Shown here piece by piece: positions 1 through 10,831 of a DNA stretch of 30,663 bases. A program made the translations under genes and the position numbers. This DNA comes from Nitrospinota bacterium (lineage in GTDB: Bacteria > Nitrospinota > Nitrospinia > Nitrospinales > VA-1), in the NCBI GenBank assembly GCA_038108555.1, contig JAYNIA010000033.1, positions 1 to 30,663 on the forward strand, written 5' to 3'. The notes below the pieces were generated by a model. It was not told the origin of the DNA and did not search any database. It saw only the letters and a program-made list of their open reading frames with translations. Numbering within the stretch: the first letter of the stretch is position 1; each line of letters starts with the position of its first letter.

Positions 1-54
1 AAAAATGATTATATGTATCACTTTCTTTGTGTCCACTTTTACTGTGAAAGATCA
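1..54. mobile_element. Terminal inverted repeat (one end) of an IS3-family insertion sequence; the element body lies left of the window
   Basis: Positions 29-54 read on the minus strand TGATCTTTCACAGTAAAAGTGGACAC. This closely resembles the E. coli IS3 terminus as I recall it (TGATCTTACCCAGCAATAGTGGACAC) and has the 5'-TG end. The adjacent receiver-domain ORF loses recognisable sequence exactly at this point. Confidence 0.75.
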
Positions 55-277
55 AACTTTTATCTCTCACCTTTTTAAAAACATCCACTCCGCTTAAACC
101 ATACATTCTCAAATCTGTAATGACCAAATCATAAGGACAGCCTTTCTCCAGCTTGTCTACAGCATCTTCTCCACTTAGGCAAATTTCAACATCAAAGCCC
201 CTGTTTTCAAGCTGCAATTGATTGCTAATACAAATACTTTCTTCATCATCAACAAACAGTATTTTATGTGTGCTCAT
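55..277 (-). pseudogene. CheY-like response regulator receiver domain, truncated by the IS
   Basis: Manual translation from ATG at 277: MSTHKILFVDDEESICISNQLQLENRGFDVEICLSGEDAVDKLEKGCPYDLVITDLRMYGLSGVDVFKKVRDKS. It has the acidic DDE pocket and the phosphoacceptor in LVITD, but beta4/beta5 (Thr/Ser, Lys) are replaced by IS sequence. Not in the ORF track. Confidence 0.8.
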
Positions 278-311
278 ATTTAATGTGCTCTTTTATGTCT
301 TAGTTTGATTT

Positions 312-2115
312 TCAAGCAGGTAGTTTCACTGTGAAAATCGTCCCCTTACCAAATTCACTTTCCACCTCGATTTCGCCACCATGATCACGAATAATTCCAT
401 AGCTGACCGAAAGACCAAGTCCAGTCCCTTGTTCATCATCTTTCGTAGTATAAAATGGCTCGTACAGCTTACTTTTAACATCTTCTGATATACCCGAACC
501 AGTGTCCTGAATTTTTATGATCACATAGTTTTCCTTTAACTCCGAAATCACTGTAATTTGACCTTCCCCGGATATCGATTCGGCAGCATTTTGAATAAGG
601 TTTAACAGAACCTGCTTGATCTGGTCCTCAACTACCTCTAAGCAGGGTGTTTTGTCAGACAATATTTCTTTAACCTTTATACCCTTTTGACGCAGAACCG
701 TCATTTGTAACTGAAGAACTTCTTTCAAACAATTATTTATATCTGTATGGCATGCTATACCCGGTGAAGGCCTGTAAAACTCTCTCAGCCCGCGAATCAT
801 TTTAGCCATTCTATCAACTTCTTTTTCGGCTATTTTAAGAATCTTAATATGGTTTCCAGTCACGTTTGATTCTTTCAAAGCCTCCAAAATACCCTTAATT
901 CCTTGAAGAGGATTGTTGAACTCATGAGAAATCGAACCTGTAAGCTTTCCTAAGGCAGACAACTTTTCCATATGTACCATTTGAGCCTGAGAAGCTTTTA
1001 GCTCTTCGGTTCGATTTTCGACCAATTCCTCAAGGTGATTTCGATGCGCTTCCAATTCTATCTCAGCTTTTTTACGATCAGTAATATCTGTAAATGAAAC
1101 TACGGCACCTATGATTTCATCAACCTCAAAAATAGGTGTGGAAATATACTCAACTGGAAAACAACTTCCATCTTTTCGCCAAAAGACCTCATTAGAGACA
1201 TGATGAACACTGCCATCTTTTATTGCGGCATAGATCAGGCATTCATTGCGATCATAAGGAGAACCATCTTTTACTATGATGAATTAAATCGTGCTGAGAA
1301 TGCCCACTCATCTCCTGTAGAGAGTAACCGAGCATCTTCTCTGCCGCAGGGTTCACAAATGTAGTATTCCCATTTTTATCCAAACCATAGATACCTTCTC
1401 CGGCAGAGTTCAGAATCAATTCCTGGCGTTTTCTTGTTCGTTCCAGATCAATTTCTATTTGTCTACGTTTTACGAATTGCTTTCCAAAAATATACAGGAT
1501 GACATACCACCCAAAACAAAGGATTATCAAACAAAAAAAACTAAACCAAATTAATTGCTTCTCATGTTTGTCTATTTCTTTTTTATTATTTAATTCAATT
1601 TCCTTAATAAAATCTTGCATTCCTTTAGAATAAACTTTTTTATTATCTTCATATTCCTTGCTAAACAATACTGCAATGGCTTTTTCTTGTTCTCCTTTAT
1701 TGACCAGGGAAAATGCCTGCATTTCCAAAGCTACCAATAAATTATTGGCTTTCTCAGTTTTCTCTACTAATTTTTGCCATGCAAGCATTGAACTTAATTT
1801 CTTGATATTGTCTATAACCTCTCTTAGGAGGGGCTCATATTGCATATAACGGTCTTCCCAGAATTTATTGTCTGATGAAACTCTGAGGCGGGCAGACATG
1901 GTCAAGACCTCATCGAGGTAAGTTATTTCATCAGTCAATTGTTGAATTTCATTTGAATTCTCCCAGGCTTTGACCGTTTCTTTATAAATAGTCCAGGCAT
2001 TAAACCCTCCAAGCATAATCAAACCCAGTGTTAGTACGAGCCAGATTATCAAAGTTCCCAAAGGAAATTTAGCCACTGGTTCTTTTTTAGGCTCTTCAGG
2101 CATATATTTAATCAA
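312..2115 (-). pseudogene. Membrane sensor histidine kinase (TM-periplasmic-TM-PAS-HisKA-HATPase) split by a frameshift at ~1269-1272
   Basis: ORF 1252-2115 has two TMs and a PAS start (ILNSAGEGIYGLDKNG...HDLIHHSK). Shifting frame at the T4 run continues DGSPYDRNECLIYAAIKDG...FWRKDGSCFPVEY...FTDITDRKKAE straight into ORF 312-1055 (H-box SHEFNNPL, N-box NLIQNA, DTGSG, FYTTK, GTGLGL). Confidence 0.85.
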
Positions 2116-2465
2116 CTGAAAATTATTGAACTTAATATAAAGGTCTTAAGTTTGAATCAATTATTCACATAATTTTGATGTAAATAACCAGGTTGGCCCC
2201 CTCAAATAGTAACGTTCAGAAAAAACACTGTTAAACAGTATGCTTGTGGCACTTGAATACTACCACCCAATTAAAAGGAATAAAGGCTCACCCAAATCTA
2301 ATAACCCCTTACATATCAACGTGAAGCTGGTCAAAATCAAACCTCTGTTTCTGGTATAAGAAACTATGGAATTTAATTTTTTATGTCCAATTTGGGAATG
2401 CTCTATCCACTTTTAGCTATAAGCCCTGATAACGTTTATTTCTTCTTCACTCATAGTCATTTCCT

Positions 2466-2924
2466 TCAGGGTTTTATATAGATATAACCTTGTTCCTGTA
2501 AATCGGCGATCCGCTTTACGGCTACCGGATGTTCTGTGGGAATGAATCCAGGCGCGAGGGATTCCAAAGGCCGGCCAAACAATTTCATGGAAACCTGGCA
2601 CATTTCAGGTTGAACACCCTTATCAATAATTATGGCCAGTTTTTTCTTCAGGACAGGATCTACGGTTTCTTTTTCGAACAGTTTCAGAGCCGGACCATGC
2701 ACCACTACTTTGACATCTATTTTGTCGGGACCCCCTTCTGCCTCCATATGCTTGTTGATCAATGCCATGGCGTATTTGGCGACTCCGACATCGTTTCCAT
2801 CGATATGATATAGAACCTTGATCCTTCCATTGGCATCGCGGTGATTGCCTCCGGCCTCAACGTTGGCAGAAAGCAGACAAAAAACAGCCGCAACAATCAG
2901 CAAACCTAAAAACTTATATTTCAT
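2466..2924 (-). CDS. Secreted DsrE/DsrF-like family protein
   Basis: Sec signal peptide (…ANVEA), VVVHGPAL motif, single conserved-type Cys (EMCQVSM) and C-terminal LQEQGYIYIKP typical of the COG1416/DsrE-like family. Confidence 0.8.
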   Translation of the reverse strand: MKYKFLGLLIVAAVFCLLSANVEAGGNHRDANGRIKVLYHIDGNDVGVAKYAMALINKHMEAEGGPDKIDVKVVVHGPALKLFEKETVDPVLKKKLAIIIDKGVQPEMCQVSMKLFGRPLESLAPGFIPTEHPVAVKRIADLQEQGYIYIKP

Positions 2925-3052
2925 GGGATCTCTCCATTGGTGAGTTTAAATGATATAGAAAGTATATCACTTAAAAATGGAGATTTAATGGGACCTTTGG
3001 ATTGGGCAAATACTGGATTTGATGTTTCTAATACAAAGCAAAACACACAGAA

Positions 3053-3205
3053 TCGTCATCGCGAGCCGCAAAGCGGCGTGGCCGTGGTAACAATCTTTAA
3101 CATTCGTGCCCTGAAAGGGTGGATCCAGAGATTTTTTGGATTGCTTCACTTTACCCTTGCAGGGCATGAAAGCTAAGGTTAAATATTACACGTTCGCAAT
3201 GACGA
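3053..3205. repeat. REP/RPE-like palindromic intergenic element
   Basis: Ends TCGTCATCGCGA / TCGCAATGACGA (11/12 inverted match). Contains the GCGAGCCGCAAAGCGGCGTGG and GATTGCTTC segments typical of GTCATTGCGAG...GCAATGAC repeats, plus an inner inverted repeat (3087-3120 vs 3153-3189). Confidence 0.7.
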
Positions 3206-3240
3206 ATTAAACAAAGATCTCTATTAAGGAAGGGAAGGGC

Positions 3241-5054
<1,814 letters not shown>

Positions 5055-5090
5055 TCATTCCCTCCGATATTTTCAGTATCTCTCACGCCA

Positions 5091-5957
5091 CTAACCTTTC
5101 AGGGCTTCAGCGCCATTTACGATTTCTATTAATTCTTTAGTGATATAAGCCTGTCGGGCTTGGTTGTAAGTCAACGTCAACCCACCGATCATTTCTCCGG
5201 CATTGCGAGTTGCACTATCCATTGCCGTCATTCGTGCGCCATGTTCGCTGGCACTCGACTCCAGAAACGCACGATAAACTTCAACGGTCATATAACGTTT
5301 TAAAAGCTCATCGAGGATAGATTCTTCATCCGGCTCATAAATATAATCCACAGCAAAAGAATCTTCTTTATGTTCCAGTTGCTCTGGAACTATCGGCAAC
5401 AACTGCTCAACAATCACCTCTTGAGCCATGACCGATTTAAACTCGTTGTAAATCATGAAGACCTTGTCGATTTTTTTCTCTGAAAACATGCTGGCCAAAT
5501 TGTTGCCAATTTCCTGTGCTTTGAGATAATCAAAATCTTTGGACCAGCCAATATAATCTTCGAGGATATTCACATCGCGATTACGAAAGATATCATTGCC
5601 TTTTTTCCCAGCGATGATCAGCGAGTTCTCGTTTTGTGGATTCTCTTTCAGGTACTCCGCTGTCTTTCGGATAATATTTCCATTGAAGCCACCACATAAC
5701 CCTTTATCCGAAGTGATGATCAGGAAAAGATGTTTGTTCCCCTCCCGCACATCCAGCAGGGGATGCAGATCACTATTACAACGAGCCGCAAGATGATTGA
5801 GTACATCCATCAGCTTGATTGCGTAGGGCCTGGCTTCCAGTATGGCATGCTGGGCCTTTCGGAGTTTGGAAGCCGCAACCAGTTTCATGGCTTTGGTGAT
5901 CTGCTGCGTGTTTTTTACGCTTTTGATCCGTCTTTTAATGTCTTTTAAACTTGGCAT
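5091..5957 (-). CDS. atpG: ATP synthase F1 gamma subunit
   Basis: ITKAMKLVAASK, SDKGLCGGFN, SEHGARMTAM, RQAYITKELIEI. Confidence 0.98.
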   Translation of the reverse strand: MPSLKDIKRRIKSVKNTQQITKAMKLVAASKLRKAQHAILEARPYAIKLMDVLNHLAARCNSDLHPLLDVREGNKHLFLIITSDKGLCGGFNGNIIRKTAEYLKENPQNENSLIIAGKKGNDIFRNRDVNILEDYIGWSKDFDYLKAQEIGNNLASMFSEKKIDKVFMIYNEFKSVMAQEVIVEQLLPIVPEQLEHKEDSFAVDYIYEPDEESILDELLKRYMTVEVYRAFLESSASEHGARMTAMDSATRNAGEMIGGLTLTYNQARQAYITKELIEIVNGAEALKG

Positions 5958-5960
5958 AGA

Positions 5961-7469
5961 TTAGTTCTGAAAAAGGCCTTTGAATTCTTCAATGGCGGCC
6001 TTTAACTTGCTTTCACTATCATCATCCAGTTTTTTGGCTTCGGCAATTTGGTCCATCAAAGCTTGATGTTTATCTTCCATAAAATTAATTAAGCCCGCTT
6101 CAAATTTTTGAATGTTGCCTACAGGAATATCGTCCACCAACCCTCGCACACCCGCAAAAATAGAAATAATTTGCTGGACAACACTCAGAGGTTTGTACTG
6201 AGGCTGTTTGAGTAGCTCAACCAGGCGCTCACCACGATGTAACTGCGCCTGCGTTGCAGCATCTAGATCACTACCGAACTGGGCAAATGCCGCCATTTCG
6301 CGGTACTGCGCAAGATCCAGTCGAAGCTGACCCGCTACCTGTTTCATTCCCTTGATTTGAGCGGAACCACCCACACGAGATACCGAAAGTCCTACGTTAA
6401 TCGCAGGACGCACCCCTGAATAAAACAGATCGGTTTCGAGAAAAATCTGACCATCGGTGATTGAGATTACATTAGTAGGGATATAAGCAGATACGTCACC
6501 TGCCTGTGTTTCAATGATTGGCAGAGCCGTCATGGAGCCTGCACCCAACTCGTCACTTACTTTTGCAGCACGCTCCAGCAATCGGGAGTGCAGAAAGAAA
6601 ACGTCACCAGGATACGCTTCACGTCCGGGAGGTCTTCGAAGCAGAAGAGAGAGCTGGCGATAAGCTGCCGCCTGTTTACTGAGATCATCATAAACGATGA
6701 GGCAGTGCTGACCGTTGTCTCGAAAATATTCACCCATTGCGCAACCCGCATAAGGAGCAATGAACTGCATCGGTGCCGGGTCACTGGCTGAAGCTGAAAC
6801 AACGATGGTGTATTTCATCGCATCATGTTCTTCGAGGGTTTTCACAACCCGCGCAACGGTGGATCGTTTTTGCCCAACCGCAACATAGATACAGAACATG
6901 TTTTGACCTTTTTGATTGATGATGGCATCAATCGCAACGGCAGTTTTACCGGTTTGTCGGTCACCAATAATCAGCTCGCGCTGACCACGCCCTACCGGAA
7001 TCATTCCGTCAATCGCCTTGATCCCAGTTTGCATAGGCTCATGAACGGACTTTCTATCAATAACGCCCGGAGCCACTCTTTCAATAGGACCAAACTTATC
7101 CGTTTTGATAGGACCTTTTCCATCAATCGGCTGACCGAGACCATCAACGACACGACCCACCATTTCCGGTCCAATCGGAACTTCCATAATGCGGCCAGTT
7201 CGCTTGACTTCATCTCCTTCTTTGATGTTATCATCGCGTCCCAGAAGTACCGCACCCACATTATCTTCTTCGAGGTTCAACACCATTCCCGATAGTCCAC
7301 CGGGGAATTCCAAAAGTTCACCGGCCATGGCATTTCCAAGGCCATAAATACGTGCGATTCCGTCACCAACAGAGATTACACGACCGGTTTCCTTGAGCTC
7401 GATCCCTTCTTCAAACCCTTCGATTTGTTTTTGAATCAGGGAGCTGATTTCATCGGCTCGTAAATTCAC
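5961..7469 (-). CDS. atpA: ATP synthase F1 alpha subunit
   Basis: [24 protein letters not shown] start with GAGGAGG RBS. Confidence 0.99.
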   Translation of the reverse strand: MNLRADEISSLIQKQIEGFEEGIELKETGRVISVGDGIARIYGLGNAMAGELLEFPGGLSGMVLNLEEDNVGAVLLGRDDNIKEGDEVKRTGRIMEVPIGPEMVGRVVDGLGQPIDGKGPIKTDKFGPIERVAPGVIDRKSVHEPMQTGIKAIDGMIPVGRGQRELIIGDRQTGKTAVAIDAIINQKGQNMFCIYVAVGQKRSTVARVVKTLEEHDAMKYTIVVSASASDPAPMQFIAPYAGCAMGEYFRDNGQHCLIVYDDLSKQAAAYRQLSLLLRRPPGREAYPGDVFFLHSRLLERAAKVSDELGAGSMTALPIIETQAGDVSAYIPTNVISITDGQIFLETDLFYSGVRPAINVGLSVSRVGGSAQIKGMKQVAGQLRLDLAQYREMAAFAQFGSDLDAATQAQLHRGERLVELLKQPQYKPLSVVQQIISIFAGVRGLVDDIPVGNIQKFEAGLINFMEDKHQALMDQIAEAKKLDDDSESKLKAAIEEFKGLFQN

Positions 7470-8021
7470 TTAGGCTACCTCCTCTTTCTCAATTGTTCGT
7501 TTCAAGATATCCAGGCGGTTACGAATGGTATCATCCGCTACCTGGTCTCCGATTCGGAGCATCACCCCTCCGATTAGCGACTCATCCACCTCGGTATCGA
7601 TCAAAATGGTTTTTCCTAAAATTTTATTCAATGCCGTTTTCAGACGATCGGTATTGGCATCTGTCAAGGTGTGAGCCGATGCAACATGAACCCTTATCTG
7701 GCCCAGTCTCCGGTCCACAACCTGCTCAAAATATTCAATGATTTTGTCGAGAAAAATTATTTTTCCACGCTCATTCAGCAAAACCAGCAAATTGGCAACC
7801 TTGTCTCCGATCTGCAGTTTGCTGCAAAGCTCTTCGACAACATTTTTTTTCTTTTCCGTTGCAATCGTTGGATGATCAAAAAATCGGGGCAATTGCTTTT
7901 CCGTATTCATGGCTTCGCCAAACGCTTCCAGATCCTGCAAGGCTTTTTCCAGTTGGGAGTCGTCTTCAATATTCCCGGATAGCGCTTCGGCGTATCTTTT
8001 TCCTACCTGATTTTCCAACAT
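7470..8021 (-). CDS. atpH: ATP synthase delta subunit
   Basis: RYAEAL N-terminus, VDESLIGG C-terminal motif, position in operon. Confidence 0.95.
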   Translation of the reverse strand: MLENQVGKRYAEALSGNIEDDSQLEKALQDLEAFGEAMNTEKQLPRFFDHPTIATEKKKNVVEELCSKLQIGDKVANLLVLLNERGKIIFLDKIIEYFEQVVDRRLGQIRVHVASAHTLTDANTDRLKTALNKILGKTILIDTEVDESLIGGVMLRIGDQVADDTIRNRLDILKRTIEKEEVA

Positions 8022-8042
8022 CGCAATTTTTCTTTATTAAAA

Positions 8043-8564
8043 TTAATTACTCTGGCTTTTTTCCAGCTCTTGAATGACTTGCTCGATCGACTCATCGACC
8101 AACCGCTTTTTATCAGCATCATCCAGCGCTTTCTTGAGAAACTTTTCAGTGGAGGCAATGGTCAGTGCTGCTGTATAGCTTCTAATCTCCTGCAGAAGTT
8201 TATTTCGTGAACTTTGAATTTCCTGTTCAGCTTCACGCTGCGCCTGTCTAACCTTTGCTTCCGTTTCCTGAATTGTTTTCTCCTGAAGCTTTTTGGCCTC
8301 ATCCTGAGCCAACTGAACAATGGTTTCAGCCTTGCCATGCGCGGCTTTTAATTTTTCTTCCAGTTCAGCTTTTATCTTCTCAACGTCCTGCTTCAGTCTT
8401 TCAGACTCTTCAATATCCCCACGTATTTTTTTCTCACGATTTTCAAGTGCTTCGAGAATAGGAGGAAAGGCAAACTTCTTAAGCATAAAAAACAAAATCG
8501 CAAAAGAAATCACTGACCAGAAAATCAGGGAGCTAAAAACAGAAACTTGTTCAAATTGAGGCAT
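8043..8564 (-). CDS. atpF: ATP synthase Fo b subunit
   Basis: N-terminal TM (MPQF...LIFW), PPIL..LE.R motif, long coiled coil. Confidence 0.93.
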   Translation of the reverse strand: MPQFEQVSVFSSLIFWSVISFAILFFMLKKFAFPPILEALENREKKIRGDIEESERLKQDVEKIKAELEEKLKAAHGKAETIVQLAQDEAKKLQEKTIQETEAKVRQAQREAEQEIQSSRNKLLQEIRSYTAALTIASTEKFLKKALDDADKKRLVDESIEQVIQELEKSQSN

Positions 8565-8680
8565 AATCTATCCTTATAAATTTTTCACCCACCCCCGTGG
8601 GAGGGAATGTTAGCGAACCCGAGGTAAAGGATTTGATGGCCTTGTTGCCATGCCCCCCTGTTACCTGCGGTGTTTCGCTG

Positions 8681-8902
8681 CTATGGCATAATGATGAAAG
8701 CAATAACCAGTGCATAGAGAGCAATTGCTTCAACCAGTGCAAAACCGATCCAGCAATATTTTGCAACTCTGGCTTCAGCATTAGGCTGACGGCCAACCGT
8801 TTCGATGGTCTTCGCAAAAATATATGCGATACCCAAGGCAGCCCCGAAAAATCCGGCAGCACACAAACCCATTCCAATTAATGCAGCAGCTTCTGAACCC
8901 AT
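8681..8902 (-). CDS. atpE: ATP synthase Fo c subunit (H+ type)
   Basis: Two TMs, RQP loop, carboxylate in ALVEAIALY; lacks the Q...ES/T Na+-binding signature. Confidence 0.96.
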   Translation of the reverse strand: MGSEAAALIGMGLCAAGFFGAALGIAYIFAKTIETVGRQPNAEARVAKYCWIGFALVEAIALYALVIAFIIMP

Positions 8903-8923
8903 TCTTTCCTCCTTAACAAAAAA

Positions 8924-9655
8924 TTAATGTAACTTGATCACATCGCCAATATATACACAGGTCAGCGTTGTGAAAATATATGCTTGAATGAAAGCGATAG
9001 CGATTTCTAATCCATTAATAATAACGGTAAAACCAAATGGCAACCAACCCAGCCACAAAGGCCCGGTCATAGCCAAACCAAACAAAACAGCAAGAACCGT
9101 ATGACCTGCAGTCATATTGGCGAAGAGCCTAACAGCAAGCGAAATTGGCCGAGCCAACATACTAATTATTTCAATGGGAATCATTACAGGAATCAAAATT
9201 TTGGGAATCCCCGGTGGAACCAAAATACTCAGGAAGTGCCCCCCATGTTTTGAAAACCCAATCACCAGAGTCATAAGGAAAATACCTGTGGCAAACACTC
9301 CCGTTACAACCAATTGACTCGTAATGGTATAGGAACCAGGCAAGAGTCCAATTAAATTGCAGGCAAGAACAAACAGGAAAAGGCTGGCAATAAAAGGAAC
9401 ATACTTCCTGCCCTCTTCTTCACCAATGAATTCATAAACCAGATTCCTTATAAACTCTATAGCAATTTCCAGAACGCTTTGTAGTTTTCCGGGGATTAAA
9501 GATAAACCCTTCTTTGCAGGCAACATGAACATGCCGCCAATAACAGCCAGCCCCACCCACATGGCTACAACCGCATTATTTATTGAAAGGTCAAGTCCGC
9601 CAATATGAATGGGGACAATGGTGTGGACTTCAAAATGGTGTAAAGGACTTTCCAT
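8924..9655 (-). CDS. atpB: ATP synthase Fo a subunit
   Basis: RPISLAVRLFANMTAGH, QAYIFTTL. Confidence 0.97.
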   Translation of the reverse strand: MESPLHHFEVHTIVPIHIGGLDLSINNAVVAMWVGLAVIGGMFMLPAKKGLSLIPGKLQSVLEIAIEFIRNLVYEFIGEEEGRKYVPFIASLFLFVLACNLIGLLPGSYTITSQLVVTGVFATGIFLMTLVIGFSKHGGHFLSILVPPGIPKILIPVMIPIEIISMLARPISLAVRLFANMTAGHTVLAVLFGLAMTGPLWLGWLPFGFTVIINGLEIAIAFIQAYIFTTLTCVYIGDVIKLH

Positions 9656-9671
9656 AGTTTACTGATCAATC

Positions 9672-9908
9672 CTAATCTTTATCGTTATATTCCTCTTCGT
9701 TTGTCAGAGTCATTGCAACTCTGTAAACGCCCAAACAACCTGCAGCTACGCCGAACACAATTCCTACCACCAAGCCCCAGGGTTTTGAACCAAAAAAATA
9801 ATCAAACGCATACCCCAGTAAGCCGCCGATGATCGTCGCCACCGTCAGTTCAGTTCCCAACCTGAACGCAATCTGCATACCCTGACGGAAGCCGTTGTTT
9901 TTGCTCAT
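9672..9908 (-). CDS. AtpZ/AtpI (ATPase gene 1) family protein
   Basis: Two TMs, G...G...D..FG..PW motif, first gene of the atp operon. Confidence 0.85.
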   Translation of the reverse strand: MSKNNGFRQGMQIAFRLGTELTVATIIGGLLGYAFDYFFGSKPWGLVVGIVFGVAAGCLGVYRVAMTLTNEEEYNDKD

Positions 9909-9954
9909 TAATTTATTGCTTGGGGGAAATACCGGCTAGCAGAAAATCGCGCTT

Positions 9955-9983
9955 ATCATACCTCAACGTTTAGATGTTGTCCA
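9955..9983 (-). promoter_or_regulatory. Putative sigma70 promoter of the atp operon
   Basis: Minus strand TGGACA-17 bp-TATGAT, about 47 bp upstream of the atpI/Z start. Confidence 0.6.
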
Positions 9984-10037
9984 AAAAAATTATTTTCACT
10001 CGCCCCCAAAAATTAACCTATTGAAATTAAAGGGCAT

Positions 10038-10074
10038 AAAAAATGCCCCGTCTCAATTTCACGAGATCAGGACA
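10038..10074 (-). terminator. Intrinsic terminator of the ferredoxin gene
   Basis: Minus strand TGTCCTGATCTC-loop-GAGACGGGGCA followed by T6. Confidence 0.7.
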
Positions 10075-10153
10075 AGCGTTATCCAGTTCCCAAAAGGGTT
10101 TCTTCTACTATAATACGAAGATTAAATTATATGGCAGCTAAGATTTAATTAAA

Positions 10154-10480
10154 TTAGTAAGGAAGGGTTCCAAATCTTTCTTCATATTGTTCCAGCGGCA
10201 CCATATCAATTGCATCCCAGGGGCAGCCTTCCAAAAAGGTGTCCATCGGACCTTTACTGGTACATTTTTTACAACCGATACACAGTAGCGGGTCTACATC
10301 TACTCGATTGAATGCCGGCGCATCCGGATTTTCCACTTCAAACATGCACTTCTCAACCGGACACTCGGTAATACAAATAGGAGATCCACCGCATCCGGTA
10401 CAGGCATCATTGATGACAGCCAGTATCTTTGGTTTTCTTTTTCGTTTTACGTCTCTTTTGGCTTTTTCTTTGGTTGCCAT
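10154..10480 (-). CDS. 2x[4Fe-4S] dicluster-type ferredoxin
   Basis: CTGC-x5-C-x3-CP and CIGCKKC-x12-CP motifs; basic N-terminal tail. Confidence 0.88.
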   Translation of the reverse strand: MATKEKAKRDVKRKRKPKILAVINDACTGCGGSPICITECPVEKCMFEVENPDAPAFNRVDVDPLLCIGCKKCTSKGPMDTFLEGCPWDAIDMVPLEQYEERFGTLPY

Positions 10481-10663
10481 GAAGTACTTCCTAAATTATT
10501 TTTACAAATATAACTGCTTCCAATTTTAACAAAACCGGCGGCAATTATAACCTTATTCTAAAAAAATTTTCAATTATTGTGATCAACTATTGCCAGAATT
10601 TTATTCAAAACTTTTCAGGAGACAACTCATATCCGAGCCGGAATAAAATAGGGATAGCCCTGC

Positions 10664-10692
10664 TTGTATTACGAAGACCTCTGTATTAAGAT
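10664..10692 (+). promoter_or_regulatory. Putative sigma70 promoter upstream of holB
   Basis: TTGTAT-17 bp-TAAGAT. Confidence 0.45.
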
Positions 10693-10831
10693 AAAGAAAA
10701 GTTGCGATAAGTGCAATCCCTTTAAAGGTTTGCGAACTTCTCCTCCTCCTTTTCCTGGCTGGATTTAAGGAATATCAAAACTCCAGACCTCCTTGTTTGA
10801 TTAAATTTGCAGGGAGATTTTACATATTCAA

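Noticed and set aside
1260..1280. Programmed frameshift in the kinase
   Set aside because: Only a 4-nt run, with no slippery heptamer or evident stimulatory structure.
2330..2601. ORF 2413-2601 and a possible remnant MTMSEEEINVIR after the DsrE-like gene
   Set aside because: Mostly overlaps the DsrE-like gene; the free part hits stops in the frames tried and resembles no family I recognise.
2937..3176. ORFs 2937-3176 (+) and 2985-3167 (-)
   Set aside because: They run through the palindromic repeat and the regulatory hairpin, so are likely spurious.
8681..8902. Na+-translocating or N-type ATPase
   Set aside because: No Na+ ligand signature in subunit c; gene order is canonical F-type with a separate delta.
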